In this document: in pieces, positions 11,559 through 20,730 of the stretch | Numbering within the stretch: position 1 is the first letter of the stretch | How the letters are laid out: each line of letters begins with the position of its first letter | Source of the DNA: Gammaproteobacteria bacterium | GTDB lineage: Bacteria; Pseudomonadota; Gammaproteobacteria; Steroidobacterales; Rariloculaceae | Reading direction: 5' to 3' | Length of the DNA: 64,000 bases | Assembly: GCA_022819855.1 (NCBI GenBank) | Contig: JAJEGN010000012.1 | Location: 10,746-74,745, forward strand | Program-made: the position numbers and the translations under genes | The notes under the pieces: model-generated | What the model saw: the letters and a program-made list of their open reading frames with translations, nothing else | Told to the model about the DNA's origin: nothing | Database searches by the model: none

Positions 11559-12479
11559 ATGGCCGGGCAGCCCGAACAGACAGGCAAGCCGCACCTGACG
11601 CTGGTACCGGTCGTCCCGCCGCCGCTGAGCGATGAAGCCGGTTCGATTGCGCAGGCAGAGATGCCGTTCGCGATCGTCGAAGGCGAACCCATAACCCAGT
11701 TGCCGCGCGATCTGTACATCCCACCGCATGCGCTGGAGGTTTTTCTTGAAGCGTTCGAAGGGCCGCTCGACCTGCTGCTCTACCTGATCCGGCGCCAGAA
11801 CATCGACATTCTGGATATCCCGATCGCCGAGATCTCACGCCAGTACGTCGAATACATCGAACTGATGAAGGAGATGCAGTTCGAACTGGCCGGGGAGTAT
11901 CTCGTGATGGCGGCCACGCTCGCGGAGATCAAGTCACGCCTGTTGCTGCCGCGGCCGACCGATGCGGACGAAGACGAGGAAGACCCGCGTGCGGCGCTGG
12001 TGCGCCGGCTGCGCGAGTACGAGCGGTACAAGAAGGCGGCCGAGGATATCGACGGACTGGATCGGCTCGAACGCGACGTTGCGGTTGCTCAGGCGGAAGT
12101 GACGGAGCGCAAGGTCGTCACGAAGTTGCCGAACGTCACCCTCAGGGCGCTACTGACGGCGTTCAGGGAAGCGCTCGATCGTTCGAGCATGTTCGAGCAC
12201 CACCACATCCAGCAGGAACCGCTGTCCGTTCGCGAACGCATGTCGCAGGTTCTGCTCAGGCTTTCGGGCAAACGCTACATGGATTTCAGCGAACTGCTGG
12301 ATCCCGCGGAAGGGCGGGTCGGCATCACCGTCACGTTTCTCGCGTTGCTCGAGTTGCTCAAGGAAGCCGTGATCGACGTGGTACAGGCGGAGGAGTTCGG
12401 GCCGATCCACCTGCGGGCCGCGCAGCCGTCCGCGGGCGAGGCATCGATGCCGGACACTTCCGGGCACGACAATGGATGA
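11559..12479 (+). CDS. scpA: segregation and condensation protein A
   Basis: Sequence LYIPPHALEVFLEAFEGPLDLLLYLIRRQNIDILDIPIAEISRQYVEYI. The true start may be the internal ATG at 11661 (MPFAIVEGEP). Confidence 0.85.
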   Translation: MAGQPEQTGKPHLTLVPVVPPPLSDEAGSIAQAEMPFAIVEGEPITQLPRDLYIPPHALEVFLEAFEGPLDLLLYLIRRQNIDILDIPIAEISRQYVEYIELMKEMQFELAGEYLVMAATLAEIKSRLLLPRPTDADEDEEDPRAALVRRLREYERYKKAAEDIDGLDRLERDVAVAQAEVTERKVVTKLPNVTLRALLTAFREALDRSSMFEHHHIQQEPLSVRERMSQVLLRLSGKRYMDFSELLDPAEGRVGITVTFLALLELLKEAVIDVVQAEEFGPIHLRAAQPSAGEASMPDTSGHDNG

Positions 12480-13146
12480 ACGGCAACTGCGCAACGTGAT
12501 CGAGGCGGCGCTCCTCGCCGCCGGACATCCGCTGTCGCTCGACAAGCTCATGGGGATCGTTGCGGCGGTGGGCGAGGTTCCCGAGCGCGCCGTTGTGCGC
12601 AAGGCGGTCGAAGCCCTCGCCGAGGAGTACGAAGGACGGGGCATCGAGGTCAAGGAAGTCGCAAGCGGCTACAGGGTCCAGGTGAAGCGGTCCATGACCG
12701 ATCTGCTGCAGCCGCTCTGGGAAGAACGCGCACCCCGTTACACGCGCGCACTGCTCGAGACGCTCGCGCTCGTGGCCTATCGGCAGCCGATCACGCGCGC
12801 CGAGATCGAGGAGGTACGCGGTGTGTCGGTCAGCACGAATATCGTCCGGACATTGATGGAACGCGGCTGGATCCGCGTCGTCGGATACCGCGAGGTACCC
12901 GGAAGGCCGTCGATGCTCGGTACCACACGCGAATTTCTCGACTACTTCGGTCTCAGCAAACTCGAGGACCTGCCGCCGCTCTCCGCGATCAGGGACGACG
13001 ACCCGGAAGCCGGGCCGCAGTCGGATCTCGTCGATGCCCTGCGTGCGCTCGACACGCACGACGAAGACCCTCCGAACCACGGCGCCACCGACGATGGACC
13101 GGACGAGGATGACCCCCTGCGGAACCCGCCGGCACAGGAAGCGTGA
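12472..13146 (+). CDS. scpB: segregation and condensation protein B
   Basis: Sequence LRNVIEAALLAAGHPLSLDKL...YRVQVK...RAPRYTRALLETLALVAYRQPITRAEIEEVRGVS. It overlaps scpA by 8 bp. Confidence 0.85.
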   Translation: MDERQLRNVIEAALLAAGHPLSLDKLMGIVAAVGEVPERAVVRKAVEALAEEYEGRGIEVKEVASGYRVQVKRSMTDLLQPLWEERAPRYTRALLETLALVAYRQPITRAEIEEVRGVSVSTNIVRTLMERGWIRVVGYREVPGRPSMLGTTREFLDYFGLSKLEDLPPLSAIRDDDPEAGPQSDLVDALRALDTHDEDPPNHGATDDGPDEDDPLRNPPAQEA

Positions 13147-13214
13147 GCTGCGCACTGAACGGTCCTCTTCACTGAACCTGAGGCTCTCCCAGACTGGCCG
13201 AGCGGATTCAAAAA

Positions 13215-13988
13215 GTGCTTGCCAACGCCGGCGTCGCTTCGCGGCGCCGGATCGAGGACCTCATCACCGCGGGGCGCATCGTCGTCGATGGGCGTCGTGC
13301 CCGGCTCGGCGAACTGCTGAGCGGCGGCGAACGCGTTCTGGTCGATGGCCGCCCGATCGATCTGTCCACTGATACGGTCGGGCGTGCTCACGCTCATCTC
13401 GCCTATTACAAACCGGCCGGCGAACTGACGAGCCGGGAGGACCCCAGGGGCAGGGCACGGGTATTCGAAGCGCTGCCCAGGCCGCAGCACGGCCGATGGA
13501 TCGCCGTCGGTCGCCTCGATCTGAACACTCTGGGTCTGTTGCTCTTCACGACGGACGGCGAACTTGCACATCGGCTCATGCACCCACGCTACGGCGTGGC
13601 GCGCGAATATGCCGTTCGCGTACTCGGTCCCGTGACCGAGGCGCAGCTTCTCGGGCTCAGGTCGGGTGTCGAACTCGACGACGGACACGCGCGTTTCGAT
13701 TCGCTGGAACGGTCGGGCGGTTCGGGCAGGAATGTCTGGTATCGAGTGACCTTGCGGGAAGGCCGTAATCGCGAAGTTCGGCGCATGTTCGAGGCCGTGG
13801 GCCTGACAGTGAGCCGCCTGATCAGGGTACGCTATGGACCCGTGGAACTCGGAGCGCTGCATCGGGGACAGACGAGGACGCTCAGCGATTCCGAGGTCAC
13901 GGCGCTGTACGACGCCGTGCGACTGCCGGGGCCGGGCCCAGGCGGAGATCGGTCGGCAGCCCGAAAATTCCGAGGAGCAAAGCGATGA
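13215..13988 (+). CDS. rluB: 23S rRNA pseudouridine synthase RluB (RsuA/RluB family)
   Basis: It has an S4 domain (LANAGVASRRRIEDLITAGRIVVDGR) and a catalytic block (GRLDLNTLGLLLFTTDGELAHRLMHP). The start is the GTG at 13215. The conserved ERIQKV just upstream is in frame but has no canonical start codon. Confidence 0.85.
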   Translation: MLANAGVASRRRIEDLITAGRIVVDGRRARLGELLSGGERVLVDGRPIDLSTDTVGRAHAHLAYYKPAGELTSREDPRGRARVFEALPRPQHGRWIAVGRLDLNTLGLLLFTTDGELAHRLMHPRYGVAREYAVRVLGPVTEAQLLGLRSGVELDDGHARFDSLERSGGSGRNVWYRVTLREGRNREVRRMFEAVGLTVSRLIRVRYGPVELGALHRGQTRTLSDSEVTALYDAVRLPGPGPGGDRSAARKFRGAKR

Positions 13989-14401
13989 CAAATGAAAATC
14001 TGCTACCTGCCGCGGTCGTTGCGACGGCAGTCCTTGCGTTGCCGTTGTTGTCCGACGGAGCCGGCGCGCATCACTCGTTTGCCTCGGAGTTCGACATCAA
14101 TCAGCCTTTCGAGGTCACCGGTGCGGTCAGGGAGCTCATCTGGATGAATCCGCATGCGCGATTGCACATCGATGTCGAAGAAGCCAACGGCGAGATCGTG
14201 ACCTATGACTTCGAACTCCTGAGTCCGAACATACTGACCCGGGACGGCTGGTCGCGAAACGATCTCCAGCCCGGCGATCCGGTCACGGTGACCGGCCATC
14301 GGGCCAGAGACAGGGCTACCGTCGGCCGAGCGACCGGCGTCATTCGGCCAAACGGCGAGCGCGTGTTCGGCGGAGCAGGCAGCAGCGCCATCGAGAACTG
14401 A
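13985..14401 (+). CDS. small secreted protein, DUF6152-like (paralogue A)
   Basis: 138 aa. The signal peptide ends GAGA, followed by HHSF. Conserved blocks (WMNPH, LQPGDPVTV) are shared with the ORFs at 34575-35063 and 48588-49025. The ATG overlaps the rluB stop (ATGA). Confidence 0.65.
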   Translation: MTNENLLPAAVVATAVLALPLLSDGAGAHHSFASEFDINQPFEVTGAVRELIWMNPHARLHIDVEEANGEIVTYDFELLSPNILTRDGWSRNDLQPGDPVTVTGHRARDRATVGRATGVIRPNGERVFGGAGSSAIEN

Positions 14402-14434
14402 CGCAGCGTAACCGCGCTTGCGCGTAGACGACCA

Positions 14435-14454
14435 GCGAGGCTCAACAGCCTCGC
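14435..14454. terminator. GC-rich hairpin between convergent genes (possible bidirectional terminator)
   Basis: gcgaggct-caac-agcctcgc is a perfect 8-bp stem with a 4-nt loop. It lies in the 54-bp gap between DUF6152-A (+) and the SDR gene (-). There is no clear U-tract. Confidence 0.35.
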
Positions 14455-14455
14455 G

Positions 14456-15202
14456 TCAATACTGGCACTCGATGCGCTGACCCGAAATCCCGTGACTCGC
14501 GGGGCCGAGAAGGTAGAGATACGGCCCTGTCAGCGCTTCCGGAGGCATCAGCGTGCCCGGGTCCTCCGCAGGATAGGCGCGAGCTCGCATCGGCGTCCTT
14601 GTCGCGCCGGGATTGATGCAATTGACCCGAATGGCCGTATTCTCGACTTCGTCGGCGAGCACCTGCGCCAGACCCTCCACGCCGAATTTCGACACCGAAT
14701 ACGCGCCCCAGTAGGCACGGCCCCGGTTACCGACCCCGCTCGTCGTGAAGACCACGGACGCATCCTTCGCGCGGCCGAGCAGAGGCAGCAGGCAGCGCGT
14801 CAAGATGAACGTCGCATTGAGGTTGACGTGAATCACGCGTTGCCACAGCCCGATGTCGTAATGTTCGATGGGGCTTCGGTCACCGAGCACGCCCGCGTTG
14901 TGCAACAGGCCGTCCAGACGCCCGTAGCGCGCCTCGATCTGCTCCGTCAGGCGCTGATACTCATCGCCCTGAGCGCGTTCCAGGTCGAGTTGCGCGACGG
15001 CCGGTTCCGGGCCGAGCCGGCGCAGTTCCTCGTAGAGCGCGTCGAGCCCTGCAGCATTACGGCCATGCAGCACGACCGTTGCCCCGTGCCTGACCAGATC
15101 GCGGGCAACGGCCCGCCCGATGCCGCGCGTCGCGCCCGTGAGCAACACGACGCGTCCGGCCATGCAGTCCGGTGCCGGCACATAGCTGCGATGGTCGTTC
15201 AT
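14456..15202 (-). CDS. YciK-like SDR family oxidoreductase
   Basis: Rossmann motif TGATRGIGRA, catalytic YxxxK (YSVSKFGVEG), and NNAG-like HNAG. The position next to gph-ubiG matches Pseudomonas yciK. Confidence 0.8.
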   Translation of the reverse strand: MNDHRSYVPAPDCMAGRVVLLTGATRGIGRAVARDLVRHGATVVLHGRNAAGLDALYEELRRLGPEPAVAQLDLERAQGDEYQRLTEQIEARYGRLDGLLHNAGVLGDRSPIEHYDIGLWQRVIHVNLNATFILTRCLLPLLGRAKDASVVFTTSGVGNRGRAYWGAYSVSKFGVEGLAQVLADEVENTAIRVNCINPGATRTPMRARAYPAEDPGTLMPPEALTGPYLYLLGPASHGISGQRIECQY

Positions 15203-15873
15203 TGCAGCGTGGCGTCGAGCGTCGCGAGGGTTGCCATGATGTCACTGGAATGACCGGCCAGGGCATCCGCGCCCCAGCCGCGCGGATCCTGGCTGGGGCG
15301 AATATAGCCGTAGGCGGCTGCAACGGTCCGCATGCCCGCCGCGCGGCCGGCTTCGATATCGTTGGGCGAATCGCCGACATAGACGCAGCGGTCGGCTGCA
15401 ACGCCGAGTTCCGCCGCGGCGAATTGCAGCGGAGCCGGGTGGGGCTTGCGTTGAGGCAGACGGTCGCCACCGATGACGCAGGCGGGCACGGAGTCGATCT
15501 CCAGCTTCGCGAGCAGGGCGTCGGTCATCGCCTGCGGCTTGTTGGTCACGATGCCCCAGGGTCTTTTCTTGTACTGCAATACATTAAAAATATCTTCAAA
15601 ACCATTGAATATACTGGAATATATGCAGATACTCTGCATATAGAACTCCCGAAAGCGCTCGACCAGACCGGCAAGTTCGCTTTCGCTGCAGCGGTTCCCG
15701 AAGCCGAGCCTGATCAGACCGATCGCACCGTTGGATACCTCGTTGCGGGCAACGGCGTAAGGCATGGGCGCAAGTGACCGCTCTCGCAGCATGTCGTTGA
15801 GTACATGCACGAGGTCCGGCGCCGTGTCGACCAGAGTGCCGTCGAGGTCGAAGAGTACCGCTTCGATGTTCAC
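15199..15873 (-). CDS. HAD-family phosphatase (phosphoglycolate phosphatase / MurNAc-6-P phosphatase MupP-like)
   Basis: It has the DLDGTLVDT motif I, GIVTNKP motif II and VGDSPNDIEAGRAAG motif IV. It sits between ubiG and yciK, as in pseudomonads. Confidence 0.8.
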   Translation of the reverse strand: MNIEAVLFDLDGTLVDTAPDLVHVLNDMLRERSLAPMPYAVARNEVSNGAIGLIRLGFGNRCSESELAGLVERFREFYMQSICIYSSIFNGFEDIFNVLQYKKRPWGIVTNKPQAMTDALLAKLEIDSVPACVIGGDRLPQRKPHPAPLQFAAAELGVAADRCVYVGDSPNDIEAGRAAGMRTVAAAYGYIRPSQDPRGWGADALAGHSSDIMATLATLDATLQ

Positions 15874-16589
15874 ACGGATTCCGGCCTGGTCGAGTGGAGG
15901 AAATAGTTGACGTCGACATTGCCGCCGAGCCAGAAGGACTTCAGCAGCGGGTTGTAGTGCATGCCGGTCAATTCCTCGACGGCCAGACCTGCGCTGCGGC
16001 AGGCGCGCGCAAGATCTGCGGGCCGGATCAGCTTGACGTACTCGTGCGAGCCCTTCGGCAGCATCCCGAGCACGTATTCGGCGCCGACGATCGCAAGCAG
16101 GAAGCTCTTGAGGTTGCGGTTGATGGTTGACAGAAACACCGCGCCGCCAGGCTTGACGGCTTTCGCGCAGGCGGCGATGAGGCGCTCCGGTTCCGGCACG
16201 TGTTCGAGCACTTCGAGACAGGTCACGACATCGAACGAAGCCGGTTGCTCGTTCGCGATGGTCTCGATGTCGACCTCGCGATACTCGAGATCAAGCTCTG
16301 CAGCGTCGGCCGCATGCGTCCTTGCAGCCTCGAGATTGTCCGCAGCAAGATCGATTCCGACAACGCTTGCGCCGCGCCGCGCCATCGCTTCGCTGAGGAT
16401 TCCACCGCCGCAGCCGACGTCGAGCACCCGGGCCGACGCGAGTCTCGCCCGCTCTTCGATGTAGCCGACCCTGAGCGCGTTGATCCTGTGCAGCGGCATG
16501 AAGGGACCGTCCGGGTCCCACCAGCGCGATGCCAGGCGCGCGAACTTGTCGATTTCGCCGGGGTCGGCGTTGCGGGGCAGGTCGTTCAC
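15870..16589 (-). CDS. ubiG: ubiquinone biosynthesis O-methyltransferase UbiG
   Basis: The GTG at 16589 gives VNDLPRNADPGEIDKFARLASRWWDPDGPFMPLHRINALRVGYI...VLDVGCGGGILSE. The GTGA overlaps the upstream gene's stop. The rest of the 718-aa ORF-track entry is an out-of-frame Arg/Ala-rich artefact. Confidence 0.9.
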   Translation of the reverse strand: MNDLPRNADPGEIDKFARLASRWWDPDGPFMPLHRINALRVGYIEERARLASARVLDVGCGGGILSEAMARRGASVVGIDLAADNLEAARTHAADAAELDLEYREVDIETIANEQPASFDVVTCLEVLEHVPEPERLIAACAKAVKPGGAVFLSTINRNLKSFLLAIVGAEYVLGMLPKGSHEYVKLIRPADLARACRSAGLAVEELTGMHYNPLLKSFWLGGNVDVNYFLHSTRPESV

Positions 16590-17902
16590 GTTGCCGCGAG
16601 GCGCTCGGCCCAGCCGTGCGCCGCCGTCGAGACTGCAGCCACGTCCATCTGCGTCAAAGCTCCCTCGCTCACCAGATGCCGGCCGGCGACCCAGACGTCG
16701 GTCACCTGGTCGCGCGAGGCCGAGTAGGCGAGCTGCGATACTGGATCGAGCACGGGCACAAGTCCAGGACCTGCAAGCTCGACGCAGATCAGGTCCGCGG
16801 CCTTGCCGGGCAGGAGCGAACCGGTTTCCCCGGCGAGGTTCAGGGCGCGCGCGCCGTTGATCGTCGCCATCTCGATCGCGGTCGATGCCCTGACGGCCCG
16901 CGCGTCGGCGGCGACGTGCTTGGCGAAAAGCGCGGCGAACTCGAGTTCCGACCAAAGATCCAGTCGATTGTTGCTCGCGGCGCCGTCCGTGCCGAGGGCA
17001 ACGTTGACGCCCGCATCGAGAAGCGCCGCGACGGGGCAGGCGCCGCTTGCGAGCTTCAGGTTCGATCTCGGGCAGTGCACGATGTTCGCCTGCACTTGCG
17101 CAAGGAGATCGATTTCCTCGCCGTTCAGATGCGTCGCGTGCACGCCGATCAGTGCGGGGGTAACGAGGCCCAGCGCGTCGAGTCTTGCCAGGGGCCGCTT
17201 GCCCGTCGCGGCAATGGACTGGCTTATTTCGGTATCCGTCTCGTGAATGTGCGTGTGCACGGGTACGGGAAGCTCGTCGGCAAGCCGACGGATTCGCACA
17301 AGCAAGTCGTCGGAAACACTGTATGGTGCATGCGGTGCGAACGCCGTCGTGACCAGCGGTGCGCTCCTGCAGCGGTCGTGCACGGCGAGTCCCTTTTCGA
17401 TGTATTCGTCGGGACCTGACGCCCAGGCGGTCGGAAAGTCGAGCGCGATCATCCCGACGACCGCGCGAATGCCCGCTTCGATCGCTTCTTCGGCGACGAC
17501 ATCGGGAAAGTAGTACATGTCCGAGAAGCAGGTCGTACCGCCGAGCAGCATCTCGGCAATCGCAAGCCGGGTTCCGTCGACGACGAAGTTGCGGTCGACC
17601 CAGCGCGTTTCGGCAGGCCAGACTCGATCGTTGAGCCACTGTTCGAGCGGCAGGTCGTCGGCATAGCCTCTGAGGAGCGTCATGCCCGCGTGGCAGTGTG
17701 CGTTGACGAGCCCCGGCATGAGTACATGCTCGGACCGCTCGAGAACGACTTCCGGCGCGAATCTTTCCCGAGCTTCGTCGGACGACAGGACGGCGACGAT
17801 TCGCCCCTTGTCGAGTGCGAGCGAGTGGTCGGTCTCGGCGACGACCTTCGGTTCCACGGTCACGATCCACTTCGGCTGGATCAGGGCGTCGATACGCTGC
17901 AT
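16586..17902 (-). CDS. mtaD: TRZ/ATZ-family amidohydrolase (5-methylthioadenosine/S-adenosylhomocysteine deaminase-like)
   Basis: It has the metal motif PGLVNAHCHAGM and HVHETDTEI. The start is taken at the ATG at 17902 (MQRIDALIQPKWIV). Its position between ubiG and gyrA matches P. aeruginosa, from my recollection of PA3170. Confidence 0.75.
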   Translation of the reverse strand: MQRIDALIQPKWIVTVEPKVVAETDHSLALDKGRIVAVLSSDEARERFAPEVVLERSEHVLMPGLVNAHCHAGMTLLRGYADDLPLEQWLNDRVWPAETRWVDRNFVVDGTRLAIAEMLLGGTTCFSDMYYFPDVVAEEAIEAGIRAVVGMIALDFPTAWASGPDEYIEKGLAVHDRCRSAPLVTTAFAPHAPYSVSDDLLVRIRRLADELPVPVHTHIHETDTEISQSIAATGKRPLARLDALGLVTPALIGVHATHLNGEEIDLLAQVQANIVHCPRSNLKLASGACPVAALLDAGVNVALGTDGAASNNRLDLWSELEFAALFAKHVAADARAVRASTAIEMATINGARALNLAGETGSLLPGKAADLICVELAGPGLVPVLDPVSQLAYSASRDQVTDVWVAGRHLVSEGALTQMDVAAVSTAAHGWAERLAAT

Positions 17903-17997
17903 GTGCTGATGGAGCGCCGAGCCGGCGCACGGGGCTGAAAGGTGCGCCAAGTATAGCCTCAAGGCACTCCGGACACGCTACGGAACACCTGCGTCTG

Positions 17998-18006
17998 TGG
18001 TAGAAT
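17998..18006 (+). promoter_or_regulatory. putative extended -10 promoter element upstream of gyrA
   Basis: tgg-tagaat (TGnTAGAAT) lies 166 nt upstream of the gyrA ATG, in the divergent mtaD/gyrA intergenic region. There is no good -35. Confidence 0.3.
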
Positions 18007-18171
18007 TTACGTCCATTCCAGGGCACCTTGAACCGGTAAATTCATCGAGAGCCTCGGCCGTCGAGGGCGGCCGCCGTCATGGCCTGACGGGACTGTTTCT
18101 CCTCACTTGTGTCGATCGTTACGGATGCTCCAGCGGAGCTTACGGCCGGCACCCGTATTTGGACAGAACGG

Positions 18172-20724
18172 ATGGTAGGAGCGGCTAAAGAGATCTTCCC
18201 TGTCAGTCTCGAAGACGAGATGCGGCAGTCGTATCTCGATTACGCGATGAGCGTGATCGTCGGCCGGGCGCTGCCTGACGTACGCGACGGCCTCAAGCCC
18301 GTGCACCGCCGCGTCCTGTATGCGATGCGTGAGCTCGGCAACGACTACAACCGTCCCTACAAGAAGTCGGCCCGGGTCGTCGGCGACGTGATCGGCAAGT
18401 ACCATCCGCACGGCGAATCCGCCGTCTACGACACGATCGTGCGCCTCGCCCAGGACTTCTCGATGCGCTACGTGCTGGTCGACGGGCAGGGCAATTTCGG
18501 CTCGATCGATGGCGACGCGCCCGCCGCGATGCGATACACCGAAGTGCGCATGGCCCGCATCGCGCAGGAACTGCTGGCCGATATCGACAAGGAGACGGTC
18601 GATTTCGCCGCGAACTACGACGACTCCGAGCACGAACCCACGGTACTGCCGACGCGGGTCCCGAACCTGCTCGTCAACGGTTCGTCCGGTATCGCCGTCG
18701 GCATGGCGACGAACATCCCGCCGCACAATCTTGGTGAGGTCGTCGATGCCTGTCTCGCGATCCTCGACAATCCCGATGTGACCTTCGCCGAACTCATCAC
18801 GCTGATGCCGGGTCCGGATTTTCCGACGGCCGGGCAGATTCACGGCGTCCAGGGCATCGTGAGCGCTTACAGCACCGGTCGGGGACGCATCTACGTCCGT
18901 GCCAGGACGCACATCGAGGAACTCGATTCGCGCGGCCGCGAGGCCATCGTGATCACCGAACTGCCGTACCAGGTCAACAAGGCGCGCCTGATCGAGAAAA
19001 TCGCCGAACTCGTGCGCGAGAAACGCCTCGAGGGCATCACGGAGCTGCGCGACGAATCCGACAAGGACGGCATGCGCGTCGTGATCGAACTCAGGCGCGG
19101 CGAGCTGACGGACGTGGTCCTCAACAATCTCTACAAGCACACGGCGCTGCAGAGCGTGTTCGGCATCAACATGGTCGGTCTCGTGGACGGCCAGCCGCGC
19201 CTGTTGCCGCTTCGGGACCTGCTCGATGTCTATCTACGGCACCGTCGCGAGGTCATCACGCGGCGTACGCTGTTCGAGCTGCGCAAGGCACGCAATCGCG
19301 CCCACGTGCTCGAAGGGCTCATGGTCGCGCTTGCGAACATCGATGACGTCATCGAACTGATCCGGCGCTCGCCGTCGCCGGCCGAGGCGAGGAGCCGGCT
19401 GTGTGCCCGGAACTGGGCGCCCGGCGCCGTCATTCCGATGCTCGAACGGGCCGGCGCCGAAGCCACGCGTCCCGAAGACCTGCCCGAGGGCGTCGGCCTG
19501 AAGGACGGCGGATATCGGCTGTCCCCCGTGCAGGCTCAGGCGATACTCGACTTGCGCCTGCATCGTTTGACGGGACTGGAGCAGGACAAAATATCCAATG
19601 AATATAATGAGTTATTGGATAAAATCTCCCGCTATCATGAGATCTTGTCGGACCCGGACAAGCTGCAGGAAGTCATCCGCACCGAACTGACCGAGGTCCG
19701 CGACCGCTATGCCGATGCCCGGCGCACGGAGATCGTCGAGGACTACAGCGAACTGACGATCGAGGACCTGATTCCCGACGAGCCGCTGCTCGTGACGCTG
19801 TCGCATGCGGGATACGCCAAGGCGCAGCCGGCCGCCGACTACAAGCCACAGAATCGCGGCGGCCGCGGCCGTGCGGCCACGCGCATGAAGGAAGAGGACT
19901 TCATCGACCAGCTCTTCGTCGCCAACTCTCACGACACGCTGTTGTGCTTTTCCACGCGGGGCAAGGTGTACTGGCTCAAGGTCTACCAGTTGCCGCAGGC
20001 CGGCTACAGCGCCCGGGGAAGGCCCATCGTGAATCTCCTGCCGCTCGAACAGGACGAACGCATCAGCACGGTGTTGCCGATCGGCGACTACGAAGAGGAC
20101 AAGTACGTGTTCTTCGCCACGCGCAACGGCCGCGTCAAGAAGACGAAGCTCGTGGCGTTCTCACGACCGCGAAGCAACGGCATCATCGCCCTGGAACTGC
20201 GCGGCGACGATCGCCTGATCGGCGCAGGCATCACTGACGGCAGGCAGGACATCATGCTGTTCGGACGGTCGGGCAAGGCGATTCGCTTCTCGGAAGGCGA
20301 CGTGCGTCCCATGGGGCGTACCGCCTCCGGGGTCCTCGGCCTGCGTCTGAGCGGCCCGGACGACGAGGTGATCGCGCTCAATATCGTCGCTGACGGCTTG
20401 ATCCTGACCGCCACCGAGAACGGCTACGGCAAACTCACGGCCCTGGACGAATACCCGACCAAGCGGCGCGGCGGGAAGGGCGTCATCGCGATCCGGACCT
20501 CCGAACGCAATGGCGCGATGATCGGTGCGATGCAGCTGTCGCTCGACGATGAAGTGATGTTGATCAATTCGGCCGGCACGCTGGTACGAACGCCCGTGTC
20601 GGACATCTCGGTGGTCGGGCGCAACACTCAGGGCGTACGGCTCATCCGCCTTGACGAGCAGGATCGCCTGGTCGGTATCGATCGGGTCGAGGCCTTGCAG
20701 GACGAAGAGGCGGAAGAGGACTGA
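18172..20724 (+). CDS. gyrA: DNA gyrase subunit A
   Basis: The ATG at 18172 gives [52 protein letters not shown], collinear with E. coli GyrA. The QRDR-type region is [20 protein letters not shown]. It has a C-terminal beta-pinwheel and an acidic tail. Confidence 0.95.
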   Translation: MVGAAKEIFPVSLEDEMRQSYLDYAMSVIVGRALPDVRDGLKPVHRRVLYAMRELGNDYNRPYKKSARVVGDVIGKYHPHGESAVYDTIVRLAQDFSMRYVLVDGQGNFGSIDGDAPAAMRYTEVRMARIAQELLADIDKETVDFAANYDDSEHEPTVLPTRVPNLLVNGSSGIAVGMATNIPPHNLGEVVDACLAILDNPDVTFAELITLMPGPDFPTAGQIHGVQGIVSAYSTGRGRIYVRARTHIEELDSRGREAIVITELPYQVNKARLIEKIAELVREKRLEGITELRDESDKDGMRVVIELRRGELTDVVLNNLYKHTALQSVFGINMVGLVDGQPRLLPLRDLLDVYLRHRREVITRRTLFELRKARNRAHVLEGLMVALANIDDVIELIRRSPSPAEARSRLCARNWAPGAVIPMLERAGAEATRPEDLPEGVGLKDGGYRLSPVQAQAILDLRLHRLTGLEQDKISNEYNELLDKISRYHEILSDPDKLQEVIRTELTEVRDRYADARRTEIVEDYSELTIEDLIPDEPLLVTLSHAGYAKAQPAADYKPQNRGGRGRAATRMKEEDFIDQLFVANSHDTLLCFSTRGKVYWLKVYQLPQAGYSARGRPIVNLLPLEQDERISTVLPIGDYEEDKYVFFATRNGRVKKTKLVAFSRPRSNGIIALELRGDDRLIGAGITDGRQDIMLFGRSGKAIRFSEGDVRPMGRTASGVLGLRLSGPDDEVIALNIVADGLILTATENGYGKLTALDEYPTKRRGGKGVIAIRTSERNGAMIGAMQLSLDDEVMLINSAGTLVRTPVSDISVVGRNTQGVRLIRLDEQDRLVGIDRVEALQDEEAEED

Positions 20725-20730
20725 GCGCTC

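Noticed and set aside
15870-18026. 718-aa ORF that would fuse UbiG to a long N-terminal region overlapping the mtaD-like gene
   Set aside because: Only the last 239 aa are UbiG-like. The upstream part is an Arg-rich alternate frame of the amidohydrolase gene. A GTG at 16589 with a GTGA overlap gives a normal-length UbiG.
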